A DNA stretch of 64,000 nucleotides from the NCBI RefSeq assembly GCF_028641065.1, contig NC_073406.1:10478001-10542000 (forward strand). Reading direction: 5' to 3'. The DNA comes from Leucoraja erinacea (taxonomy: Eukaryota). How positions within the stretch are numbered: position 1 is the stretch's first letter; the number at the start of each line of letters is the position of its first letter. The notes beneath the pieces are model-generated. The model was given only the letters and a program-made list of their open reading frames with translations, was not told the DNA's origin and did no database searches. Of this stretch, positions 48,823-60,504 are shown one piece after another. A program made the translations under genes and the position numbers.

Positions 48823-49835
48823 AAGGGCCTTCAGGACTCCATGATGAGACGTTCCTGCACGTCTCGCACTCTCCGCCCAGCCCATGCAACAGTCTCCATT
48901 ACATCATGGACCGCCACTCTTCCCCCAATCTCCAATTACTTCCAAATTCCAACTGCATTCACATGCCTGGCACTGCTATCAGCTCATTGAATCCCTGGTG
49001 CTTGGTCACTCTTCCAGTTTCTCCCTCCTTGCTGAACTTTTCCATCCCCATTCAGTACCCCATCCTCCCATACTTTGTCTTGCGGTACCACACACAACCG
49101 TATGGGTAATCTGCTGGTGTTTGGTGAACCTCGCATTTGTGACAAAGGGGGTCAGGACAGTAGTGCAGGGATGGTGATAATGTGGCATGGGAACATTTTT
49201 GTTGTGGGGTACAATATGTTTAGTATAGTTTAGCTTAGTTTAGCTTAGTTTGGTTTAGAGATACAGTGCAGAGCCGACCAACGATCCCCACACATCAACA
49301 CTATCCTACACACACTAGGGACAATTTACAAATTTGCCAAGCCAATTAACCTGCAAACCTGTACAACTTTGGGAAGTGGGAGAAAACCCATGCAGAACAC
49401 GAAGTCCCGATGTTTCAAGAAGTGTTTCCAGTTATGATGAAGGAGGTCAGTGTATAGTGACCATGATGGGGTAGGTGGGAGTGGGGAGAAGCCATCATCA
49501 GGAGCCTGTGTGGTATAAGAGTTAAGACTAGAGAAGTCTCCATCTTTTAGCACAAAGTTTAAAACAGAAATATTGATGTTTCTTTTTGCATTTTTCAACA
49601 GAATCCAAAGTGCTTTATAATCAATGAAGCACTTAAGAAATGCAACTATTGTCAACAAAGTAATAAAGGCCAGCTCGTGTTTTGGTGAAGGTAGATGCAA
49701 AATGCTGGAGTAACTCAGCGGGACAGGCAGCATCTCTGAAGAGAAGGAATGGGTCGAGACTCTCCTTCAGAGGTGAAGCTGATAGAGGACAAATTGCAAT
49801 GGAATACCAGGGAGAAATTCTTTCCTTTCCTTCAG

Positions 49836-49916
49836 GTTTTGTCTGTTCACCTGAGAAAGCAGCATTGGTTTAACTTCCAAAATGAAAGCATGAAACCTCA
49901 GAATACTGAAACCAAG
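49836..49916 (+). other. Candidate 81-nt exon (unverified)
   Basis: Acceptor TTCTTTCCTTTCCTTCAG, donor AAG|GTGACA, open phase-0 frame VLSVHLRKQHWFNFQNESMKPQNTETK; no recognised homology. Confidence 0.3.
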
Positions 49917-50078
49917 GTGACAGTGTGGATTTTCATGGTCAAGCTTCAGCTTGGAACTATAACTCGCAATATTCTGATATGGAATTAACAATGTTGCCAA
50001 TTTCTGATAGTTATTGGTTAAGGTCTTTAGGAAATGCCTATTAAGTTACACATAAAACTGGATTTACCAAGCATGACT

Positions 50079-50500
50079 ATAGGAGGGGTTGCACGTAAAG
50101 TCATCGTCAAAGGGCGTGACGCACGGAGTAGCTCAATTCTTCTGGAGTACAAGACAGCTTCCGGCATACACTAGTAACACACAAAACACATACGTACTTA
50201 CCTGTTAGAAACCGCCAAAACGGTCAATTTTTGCGCTGTAAAATATTGTGGAAATATGGGTAACCGTGAGAAAAAAACGCCAAAATCACTACTGCTCACT
50301 GACTTGCGAAAGAGCAGTGCACCAACGGATTGAGGGCAAGTCCCGGCCCACGACCGCCCGGGACTGGAGTCGCCCTTCAGTCTGAACCCGAGCACCAAGG
50401 TGCAAGCAGCCGAAGGAGCGGATCCCTCGGGACAGCCCCCACTCTCCCCCCCGGGGTCAGCGAAGTCCGGCCACGGCCGCCCTCCGCCCCGTCTCTCCCC
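50079..50500. mobile_element. CpG-rich segment, probable non-autonomous DNA transposon end
   Basis: Abrupt start ATAGGAGGGGTTGCACG, undepleted CpG; no matching second terminus seen. Confidence 0.4.
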
Positions 50501-51039
50501 TGTGAGGCCATGTTACAGTATAGCACAGTGCCCCTGGGATCTGTGTGACCATTGAAGGCTCTGGGCTTCTCTTCCTTCGCCAAAAAAGATTGTTAACGAT
50601 CAGTTCAAAATTTGAAGCAGAACACGTCAAGATAACTTAAAATCCAATGTCAAATCAGGTTAATAATGTGAAATGGAGAAGGGGAAAAATGAGAGAGAAA
50701 GTGAGTAAAGCAAATTCATTTTTAAAGCTCAAACAAGAAGTAAAAGCTAAAGGGATTCTGCATTTGTCAAAATAACCTCGAGTTCCTTGCCCGCCCTTGG
50801 CAATGCTGAAGATATTTAACTGCTTTATCACTCCCTATCTATTTCACAGAAGCCCAGGAGTGGAAATAAATAGAATTAGTATGAATGAAGGCAAAAGTAT
50901 TTAAATTAAGAATGCATCTCGGAGGGAACAGCCACCCCATTGAAACTACAGTTTATCATATGGATTTCCCTTACTATAACCCTTATGCCAGAGTCCTCAC
51001 ATAAATGAAGATTAAATCTCTGAAGATCTGAATTTCATT

Positions 51040-51665
51040 GTCATAGAGTCATACCTAGAGTCATAGAGTGTTGAAACAGGCCCGTCGGCCCAACTTGCCC
51101 ACACCGACAACATGTCCCATCTACACTAGTCCCACCTGCCTGCATTTGGCCCATGTCCCTCTAAACGTATCTTATCCATGTACCTATATAAATGTTTCTT
51201 AAACGTTGCAATAGTACCTGCCTCAACTACCTCCTCCGTCAGCTCGTTCCATACACCCACCACCCTTTGTGTAAAAACGTTACCACTCAGGTTCCTAATA
51301 AATCATTCCCCCCTCACCTTAAACCTATGAATGTACGAATCTACTGTAATATCCTAATTCAGGGTCTGAAGAAGGGTCTTGACCCGACATGTCTTGATTC
51401 CCCTACTCTGGGCAAGAGACTGTGCATCTACCGGACTTATTTGTCTCATAATTTTGTACACCTCTATAAGATCACCTCATCCTCCTGAGCTCCAAAGAAT
51501 AGAGTCTTAGCCTTTTCAGCCTCTCCTTATAGCTCCAGCCCTCGAGTCCTGGGGAAAAGGTAGGAGAATGGGGTTGAGAGGGAAAGATAGATCAGCCGTG
51601 ATCGAATGGCCAAGTAGTCTTGATGGGTTCAATGGCCTAATTCTGCTCCTAGAACTAATGAACAT
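51040..51665. mobile_element. CR1 3' end (- 51040-51552) joined to CR1 3' end (+ 51553-51665)
   Basis: (ACTCTATG)n-type tail at left; GATAGATCAGCCGTGATCGAATGGC...CTAATTCTGCTCC at right. Confidence 0.88.
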
Positions 51666-52112
51666 AACATTATGAATTTCTATTTGAACATAACTTTTGG
51701 ACTTGGGTTGCTAAAGGATGGAAGGCTGCAAGGAGGTGTGAGAAAAGCATTCGTACACACAGAATGGTTGGGCTGAATGGACTAAGGTTATGTGGTGTAA
51801 AAGTGCATGCTTCAAATGCAGGAGTAGTGTTCAGAATAAAAGTTGCTGCAGGTCGGTGGAGACTGGAAGAGGTACATCGCCTTAAACTGCGTCAGGCAAA
51901 ACACCAGGGACTGATGTTCTCAGTGGAAGGAAAACAGGGACAAAGGTCTGCGGAGAAAATCTCCTCAGCAACCTTGAATTAGCAAGTAGTTTCAACAGCA
52001 ATAGAACTGCACAACTGCCTGGGAGCCTTCAGATAAGCCTGAATCCACCTTTGATTTATCAGTGTTAAAAAAAAAAGCATGAACGCTCACTGTTGCTACC
52101 TTTTGTTGTCAG

Positions 52113-52333
52113 TTGCATGGACTGTAAACCACGAGAAAGACCTTGAGATAAAGAGGAAGATCTCAAAGGATTCCGGTGGAAGACTGTCTACAATACGCAG
52201 GCCGGGGAGTCCCAAGACTTGAATTATTTATGTACTCGTGGAACGGCTGAAGGGGGAGATGCGGGAAGCTGAAACAGATTCTTAACCTTGAAGGTTCCGC
52301 TGAGAACGGCCCCTCTCCGCCTGCAAAGTAAAG
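52113..52333 (+). other. Candidate 221-nt non-coding exon (unverified)
   Basis: Acceptor CCTTTTGTTGTCAG, consensus donor AAG|GTAAGT; stops in all three frames. Confidence 0.35.
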
Positions 52334-52737
52334 GTAAGTTTATTTTTAAACGTTTCTATACACACAGGCTTTGAAAGCGCCGTCTACAGACACAGCCCCG
52401 CTACTAAAATGATTGAACGGCCTGAGGCTTTGCGGAATGGGACCGACACGTAATAGGCGTTTTGGGCTTTAGAATCTCCCTGCAATTACCAAATTAATTT
52501 CTCGATATACAGGGCTTTAGCTGCAGCACTGATGACAGAGGTAGACTCAACCCAAACGCCACAGGCTGACTTTGCAGGATCTCAATGTGCACAAAGAGAA
52601 ACAAGCAAGGATGAAAATGTGCATAACATTAATAATTTTCTAAATGTTCTAAGCCAGTTGTAAAATAAAATGTGCTAAATAAATGTGTCAATTGAACTGA
52701 CAGCAAGGGGCACTTGATAGAACCCCTGAATTAGGAT

Positions 52738-52868
52738 GTGTAGGAAAGAACTGCAGGTGCTGGTTTAAATCGAAGGTAGACACAAAGTGCTGGAGTAACT
52801 CAGCCGGACAGGCAGCGTTTCTGGAGAGAAGGTATGGAAGGCGTTTCGGGTCGAGGCCCTTCTTCAGA
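52738..52868 (-). mobile_element. PLE pLTR mini-element with 14-bp TSD
   Basis: CCCTGAATTAGGAT (52724-52737) / CCCTGAATTCGGAT (52869-52882). Confidence 0.85.
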
Positions 52869-53437
52869 CCCTGAATTCGGATATTACAGTAATGTTATTC
52901 ATAGATTCGTACACCATAGAAACAGGCTCTTCGGCCCATCGAATCTGTGCTGACCATTTACATTAATCCTATACTAATCCCATTATATGTTCTCCACATT
53001 TTGATCAGCTCCCCCTAGATTCTATCACTCGTCGAAACACTACGGACAATTCCCAGTGGCCAATTGAGCCACCAATCTATTGGCAGCACCAATCAAACTG
53101 TTCAAATGCCCAATCCCATTTGTATTGTTGTCCATCTTGAATATATTACCCCAACCATTTTGTGAGAAAATAATGGATTGTTAATGCTATTATAGACGGA
53201 AACTTGGCCAGAAAACCCAGAGTAAGAAATTGTAACTAAAAATACTGACCTTCTGAATGTCACCCTGACTTCCCTGATGGTTTTTCATGAATTCTGCCGG
53301 CATTCTCATTGTTGGCGAGATACTTTATGTTTGCCCGCACTCAACACATGACTTCAAGGTGGGGCTAATTTTCCCTCTTAATTACGGCTCAGACCGAAAC
53401 AGCACTCTGAAGAAAACTAAGGCAGCTGTGGTAAAAT

Positions 53438-53735
53438 GTTTGTTTAGTTTAGCATAGTTTAGAGATACAGCGTGGAAATTTGCGCTTTGGCTCACAGAGT
53501 CTTGGCCGACCAGTCATCATCCATACATTAGTTCTATCCTACATACAAGAAACAATTTACAGAAACCAATTAACATACATGTGGGAGGGAATGTGGGAGG
53601 AAATCAGAGCACGGGGGGAGGGGGGGAACACACATGATCGCAGAAAGAACGTACAAACTCCGTACAGACAAGCACCCGTAGTCAGGATCGAACCCGGGTC
53701 TCTAGCGCTGTAAGGCAGTGACTCTACCGCTGCGC
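53438..53735 (-). mobile_element. HE1-like V-SINE
   Basis: Tail, core and head on the minus strand. Confidence 0.85.
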
Positions 53736-54073
53736 TGAGTGAGAGCGCCACAAAAATCTTCCAATACCTTATAGTATTGACATTGGAGTAGGGACATACA
53801 GAATCGGAGATAGACACAAAATGATAGACACAAAATTCCACTGTTCGCACACTTGTATCCCTCTCATTATCACACCTTCACCAACCAACAATGGGCCTTT
53901 ATGGGCTCCAACCTTCCTGTGGTCATCTGTTGCCGGCCCTGATTTCATAATTTCAAAAGTTCATAAGCGATAGGAACAGAATTAGGCCATTCCACCATAC
54001 AATCATGATTGATCAATTTCTCCCTCCTAACTACATTCTCCCCATAACTTCTCCCCATAACCCCTGACACTTT

Positions 54074-54517
54074 GACTATGAAGAAGGACTACTTCGACCT
54101 CCTTCGACTATGTTGAAGACCAGCTTCGACTGGCTACGACTAACTTCGGGAAAATTGGACACCGAATAGTGGAGAGTGAAGATGACTTCCTTCGACCTCC
54201 CTTCGACGATGATGAAGACTATCTATGACTACCTTCGACTACCCTCGATTACCTACGACTAACAAGCTGACCTACTACGAGTAAATAAAGTATCGATTTT
54301 TTTCATGGCAACCTTTTTTTTATTCGCAGGCATTTTTTAACATATTGACAAAAACGCCACGACCTAGCTGAGGCCTCGAGTACGCGGAGACCACTCTCGA
54401 GCATGAAGGAGAGTTACGAAGACCTCCTACAACCTTGTGGCGACTATGCTGTGAGTATGAGTCGAGGGCAAACTCGCCAGAACTCGCGGATTAGGTCGCC
54501 CAAGTGGGACAGGCACT
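54074..54517. mobile_element. Harbinger-like MITE, one-ended
   Basis: Internal CTTCGAC/CTACGAC repeats; ends TCGCCCAAGTGGGACAGGCACT then TAA. Confidence 0.8.
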
Positions 54518-54949
54518 TAACTACACATTTTGTCCCTTCTCTCCAGAGATGCTGCCTGTCCCGCTGGGTTACTCCAGCATTTTGTGCCTACCTTCAATTT
54601 AACCCAGTATCTGCAGTTCTTTCCTACACATTGCCGACAGAATGTTTTACTTTCAGCCGCGAAAAGTGCATCTGACACAAAACAACTGGTCAGTGCTGCT
54701 ACTTCCCATACATCTTGCAGAATCATTAACCTACTGTCTTCAATAAAGATGTTCATAGCAGAATATAAACGATGACAGCAAGCACAATGTGTTGCAGCCC
54801 ACAAACATACTGGCGTTCATCTGATAATTAAAATATGTTTCATCATTGCTTTCATCCTCTTGGGTAAATCCTGATAATTAGATTCCAGGTTGAACATTGG
54901 TCCTCCTGCTCCTGTATTTTGTATTTCTATTTTATTTCAACGTCACACT

Positions 54950-55570
54950 GTGAAGGCCCCTTCGGCCCACCGAGTCCACACTGACCAGCGATCCCCGCAC
55001 ATTGACATTATCCTACAAACACTAGGGGCAATTTTACATTCATACCAAGCCAATTAACCTACAAACCTGTGCTTCTTTGGAGTGTGGGAGTGTGGGAGGA
55101 AATGGAAGATCTCGGAAAAAGCCCACAGGAAGAACATACAAACTCCGTACAGACAGCACCCGTGCCACTGTGCCACCCTAATGTTATACACTTTGCCTTG
55201 TCTGGATTGGTCACACACCACAAATGTTTTTTCTCTAACTTCAAGTAACCATTGCATCCCCTCTCTCTACATCCCTCCCCCATCCTAGTCATCGTACTAG
55301 TTTCATCCTGTTGAGTTTAACTGAATGTATAACTCATTATCAACTAGCCCACAGCCAACAATGGACCATTGTGGGCTCCACCTTTCCTTGATCATCGTTA
55401 CTTTTTGCATATCTTTCATTCATTTGTTATATCACTCTATATCAACATCTGTATCTCTCGTTTTTCCCTTTTGCCTGATTTGCAGTCTGAAGAAGGGTCT
55501 CGACCCGAAACGTTACCCATTGCTTTTCTCCAGAGATACTGCCTGACCCGCTGAGTTACTCAGGCTTTTA
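54950..55570. mobile_element. V-SINE (- 54950-55178) and PLE 3' end/pLTR (+ 55225-55570)
   Basis: pLTR contains CAGTCTGAAGAAGGGTCTCGACCCGAAACGTTACCC at ~55483-55518. Confidence 0.85.
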
Positions 55571-55694
55571 TGCATCTGTCGATGTTGACAGGGCAGTGGA
55601 CCAACAAATGATGTGCCGTGCTGGGGCTGCCCACATGGTGGTGTCTCCCCCCTTTCATCTTGTCTGTTTATCCTCAGACCAAAGCACCTGAGAA

Positions 55695-56025
55695 CCCACT
55701 AGTGGGAGAGTCTAGGAGCAGAGGTCACAGCCTCAGAATTAAAGGACATTCCATTTGGAAGGAGATGAGGATGAATTTCTTTAGTCAGAGGGTGGTGAAA
55801 AGTCATTGCCACTGAAGGCTTTGGAGACCGAGTCAATGGTTGTTTTTAAGGCAGAGATAGATAGATTCTTGATTATTAAAGGGTGTCTGGGTTATGGGGG
55901 AGAAGGCAGCAGAATGGAGTTGAGAGGGAAAGATAGATCAGCCATGATTGAATGGCAGAGTAGGCTTGATGGGCATAATAGCATAATTCTGCTCCTAGAA
56001 CTCATGAACTCATGAACTTGTGAAC
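55695..56025 (+). mobile_element. CR1 3' end with (CATGAACT)n tail
   Basis: PLVGESRSRGHSLRIKG...NFFSQRVV. Confidence 0.9.
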
Positions 56026-56705
56026 TACGGGGCATTAGAACATGCATCTAATGCATCAGAACATGCATCTGTGCTTCTAGTCTCACCACTGTGGAGCAGG
56101 ATTGCCTGAACCGTCACGGTATCAAGGGGGTTGATTTGAAATGGCCCTGTAAACAGATGCAAAGATTTCATTGCTCGATTACCCCAAACCCATTTGAGCT
56201 GGTACAGATTTCACATAAAACCAGTTGCCAGCTCATTATAATGATTCTAGTATTCAGCTAATCATGCTGTTGCCTGGCTTATCACCTCAGCAGGGAGCCT
56301 ATTTTTGTGAATGACTCGAGGAATTGAAGGCGAGGTGGATTGTAGCTGCAGAAGGTAATTAAAGCCACCAGAGAGGGGAATAGATGCTGCAAATTTCCCT
56401 TCACTCGGATGTGTTAAACACACTGCGGCTTCAGACAAGGGGATGAGTCCAACTGCAACAATTACAGAAGAGAGCCCTTATAGTCTGCCACTGTCCGCAG
56501 AGTCTTGGACAATATCCTCCTCAACCTCCCAGTGGCTGAAGAACACCTTTTCAAATCAGGTTGTGAATCTGTGGAATTCTCTGCCAATGAAGACAGTGTT
56601 ATTCTATTCTCACGGAATATGGTTTTCTGAGTCTGTGAATAATATGGGTGATGTTTATGACTCATGTATTATATTTGTTGATTTATAGTAATTGTACCGA
56701 CCGCT

Positions 56706-56988
56706 GTTTAGTTTAATTTAGAGATACAGCGCGGAACCAGGCCCTTTGCCCACCAAGTCCGCGCCGACCAGCGATCCCCGTACTTCAATACTATCCTACA
56801 CACACTAGGAACAATTTGCAATTATACCAAGCCAATTAAGCAACACATCTCTACGTCTTTGGAGTGTGGGAGGAAACCGGAACACCCAGAGAAAATCCAC
56901 GCAGGTCACGGGAAGAACGTACAAATCTCCGTGCAGACAAGCACCTGTAGTCAGGATCGAACCTGGGACTCTACCGCTGTGCCACCGT
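56706..56988 (-). mobile_element. HE1-like V-SINE
   Basis: Tail, core and head on the minus strand. Confidence 0.88.
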
Positions 56989-57057
56989 GTGGGTCTGTAT
57001 TTCTCTCTGGTGAAAGCCATGCAAAAAGGATGCTGCAGTGGCACCTAACGACTCGTT

Positions 57058-57318
57058 TGTCCGAAGAAGGGTTTTGACCCGAAACGTCGCCAGTTCCTTC
57101 TAACCGTGATATGCTGCTTGTCCCGCTGAGTTACTCCAGCATTTTGTGTCTATTCTTTTCTTTAATTATCCTTGATGTCTATTGAATGTATGTCAATTTT
57201 TTTTTAGAGGCAACAAGACGCGGTGGTCTGAAGAAGGGTCTCAACCCGAAACGTCACCCATTCCTTCTCTCCAGAGATGCTGCCTGTGTTACTCCAGCTT
57301 TTCGTGTCTATCTTCAGT
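57058..57318 (+). mobile_element. Two tandem PLE pLTR fragments with hammerhead-like cores
   Basis: CCGAAGAAGGGTTTTGACCCGAAACGTC (57061) and CTGAAGAAGGGTCTCAACCCGAAACGTC (57228). Confidence 0.8.
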
Positions 57319-58189
57319 TAGAGCAGGAAATATAGACGCCATGACTGAACGAGATGAGCGACTGTTGGACATTATCCCTCACAACTGAGATAACATGAAG
57401 ATGTGCCCTGAGACAATAACTGGAGCGAGTTTACAATTGAACAGATTAAGCTGTTCTTTTACCGGTCAAGCGATCAGTCTAATGGTTGGAGGGACTGGAA
57501 GGGAGATCTTACGCTGTGCATTGAGCAGGCTATTACGGATAAACAGAACAGACAAAAGTAAAGATGTCTTTCTATCTCATTGCTCGCAGGGGAAGCGTAT
57601 TTTACCAAACCATAAAAACTTCAAATGAGATCCTGGGGACTGCAGTAGATGCTTTACGAGCTCATTGCAACCTGACTAGAAATGAAATAGTTGACAATTA
57701 CTGAAGCAGGCAGAACTCTTTGATATGTTCTTAATGGAGTTCAGATTGTCAACAGCTCTGCAGATTTGACGGATTTGCTTTGCAGGGTGCTAATTACTTT
57801 TGGAATCTGGGAATCTGGGAACGGCTTTTACCTGAAATAGTTAACCCCTGAAATGTGCACACGGGCATGCATGATGGTGTGGAACTATCCAACGCTAATC
57901 CAGAACCATTTAGATGGATGACTGCGAGAGGTACATGAAGTGAAACATGAGACAACTTGTAGAAACTAGTACAATAAAAGTTGTTTAGGTGTGACGGTTA
58001 TTGCACACAGCGAGAAGAATTGATCAGGAGTCAAGAGTCAAGAGTCAAGAGTGTGTCATTGTTTTATGTACTGAGAAGCAAAGGTCCTACAGCGAGCAAG
58101 ATAGACCACTCGACGAAAAAGACCTAGTACGGTCATGGGCAGGTTCATGGGTAATTTAAGGCCCCATTTCCGTCCAACCCTCCGCTGCC

Positions 58190-58542
58190 ATCGCTGCGCT
58201 GCAGCCGCCCGCCGGAGACCGGGGTAAACGCCAGTGGTGCTACTACCACCAACGCTGGGGTGCCGAGGCCCGACGATGCTGCGCCCCCTGCTCGTTTGCG
58301 GGAAATGCCTCGGCTGATCGTCAGTAGAGGCAATAGCGATCGGCCAGAATCACCGCCTCTACGTTCGGGATCGCTGTTCCGGACTTCGCGCTCGTGAACT
58401 CCGGGGCCGGCGTGACCAGCCTTCCCCCGACTGGACTGGACACCCATGCCGGTAAGCGAGGCCCTGTCCTGACCGCCATCAACAGCAGCGCCATCCGCAC
58501 GTACGGCATGCAGGCTCTCTCCCTTGTCTTCGACTCCCACCC
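58190..58542 (+). pseudogene. Ty3/gypsy (CsRn1-like) gag C-terminus and aspartic protease relic
   Basis: Across frameshifts: WCYYHQRWGAEARRC.PCSFAGNA; HRLYVRDRCSG..LV.SGA; LPPTGLDTHAGKRGPVLTAINSSAIRTYG. Confidence 0.75.
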
Positions 58543-58544
58543 AT

Positions 58545-59697
58545 ATTCATGGACATGCTAAATGGCGTCAAGTTGGGAAAAGTGGAAATACAATGGCCCT
58601 GGGGGTCCTGACTTCAGCCATCAAAGTAAGCATGCAGGTACAGCCATCCGCAAATGGCATGTTGGCCTTTATAACAAGGGAATCAAATATAGAGGCAAAG
58701 ATGTCTCTCTGCTGCAGTTGTACTTGAGACGGCCCTGGAGTATATTCAGTTTTGGACCCCTAATTTGAGGAAGGACATTCTTGCTAAGGGATGCAGCGTC
58801 AAGTTTCCTAGGATGGCGGGAAAATTTGTGGAAATACAATCTGGGCATGTGCAGGAAGGGCAGATACCAGTATAAACCGAAAATAGAGACAAAAAGCTTA
58901 ACTCAGCACAAGTAGTCTCCTGAAAGTAAGAATGGGTGACATGCAGGTATAGAAACAGAAACATAGAAATTAGGTGCAGGAGTAGGCCATTCGGCCCTTC
59001 GAGAAAGCCAAATATGATCATGGGATCATCCAACTCAGTTTTCTCCATAACCTCTGATCCCCTTGGCCACAAGGGCCACATCTAACTCCCTCTTAAATAT
59101 AGCCAATGAACTGCCTCAACTACCCTCTGTGGCAGAGAGAGATTCACCACTCTCTGCAGAAAAAAGTTCTCCTCATCTCGGTTTTAAAGGATTTCCCCCT
59201 AAGCTGAGTCCTGGACTTCGCACCCTGGAGTATTGTCCAACCCCTTAAGAATTTTGTAAGTTTCTATAAGATCCCCTCTCAATCTCCTAAACTCTAGAGG
59301 TATAAACATTCTTGCTAGTCTTTCTTCATAAGACAGTCCTGACATCCCAGCAGTCTGTAGGTCCCTCTATGGCAATAATGTCCTTCCTCAGATTTGGAGA
59401 CCTGGGATGTGGTCTCACCAAGACCCTATACAACTGCAGGACCTCCCTGCTCCTCTCAAATTTTGCTATGAGAGCCAACATGCCATGGCTTTCTTTAATC
59501 TGCTGGCATGCCTACCTTCAAGACTGGTGTAAGGTCTCGCTGCATCTGCAGATACCAGTTTCCCGTTTTTGCCACCAAAATGGAAACCTCACAAACATAG
59601 AGACAAAATTTGGGCCTATCCAAGTAGCACCTCCTCAGCCCCCCCAGCTTAGTGTCATCCGCAAACTTGGAGATATTGCCTTCAATTCCCTCATCCA
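58545..59697. mobile_element. Microdeletion-riddled CR1 (+ 58545-58830), PLE remnant and CR1 (- 58950-59697)
   Basis: Colinear with the CR1 copies at 45575-45800, 3648-3870 and 18810-19138 but with many short gaps. Confidence 0.8.
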
Positions 59698-60316
59698 GTA
59701 AATTGCTTTAGTTAAGAGCCTATTAAGAGATACTCCATTAGATCCAATAGAATTACCAAACAACTCAGGAAAGTTGTCGAGGAAGGGTCTCGACCCAAAA
59801 CGTCACCCATTTATTCTCTCCAGAGATGTTTCCTGTCCCGCTGAGTTACTCCAGCATTTTGTGTCTATCTTTGAATATGTATACTTAGTACACAGTAAAA
59901 TCCCTCCAAACTTTCTGCAAAGTAAGGTACCGGGAATGATGCACATGAATATATTGAATATATACCAAACACCAAAGTGGTCCATAAATTCAGGTAATAT
60001 TTCTCTGGAAAGGAATATATATTCTCCCAGCCCCTTCATTATTTAAGAAGGATAAGAGGGAAAAAAGAAAATCATGAACTAGCTGATCTAACACCTGGTG
60101 TTGGAAATTACAATGATGTAATTATCAAGCCTGCAGTTAAGGACAGAGTGGGGGAACATTTTGAAAATGTTTAATTCATCAGTGGAAGCCAAAAGGGAAA
60201 GATAAACGTTAGATCTTTACAATTGACAATGGTTGGATTTTTTTAAAGGTTTGTTTGGTAATTCTATTGGATCTAATGGAGTATCTCTTAATAGGCTCTT
60301 AACTAAAGCAATTTAC
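59698..60316. repeat. Perfect 66-bp inverted repeat (59698-59763, 60251-60316)
   Basis: GTAAATTGCTTTAG...AATTACCAAACAA is the exact reverse complement of TTGTTTGGTAATT...CTAAAGCAATTTAC. Confidence 0.95.
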
Positions 60317-60452
60317 CGGCCTGGCTTGGAAATCAACTGACTGGCAGGGGATAGAGAGACGGAGAGATACCCTGATTTATTGGATGTAATTAGTGGGTCT
60401 TGCAAGGATCTGCACTGGAGCTGCAACTATTCAGCATTGTTATAAACTATTT
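60040..60452 (+). mobile_element. Ancient CR1 RT relic
   Basis: Degenerate LTPGVG, HFEN..FISGSQ and DVISG..QGSALELQLFSIVINY motifs. Confidence 0.55.
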
Positions 60453-60504
60453 ACATAACTGTATTTCAAGCTGTATATGCAATTTTTACTAAGGTACAAA
60501 GATA

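Noticed and set aside
54090-54290. Regularly spaced CTTCGAC/CTACGAC words resembling a CRISPR-like array
   Set aside because: Internal repeats of a Harbinger-like MITE; no constant repeat plus unique spacer structure, and the context is eukaryotic.
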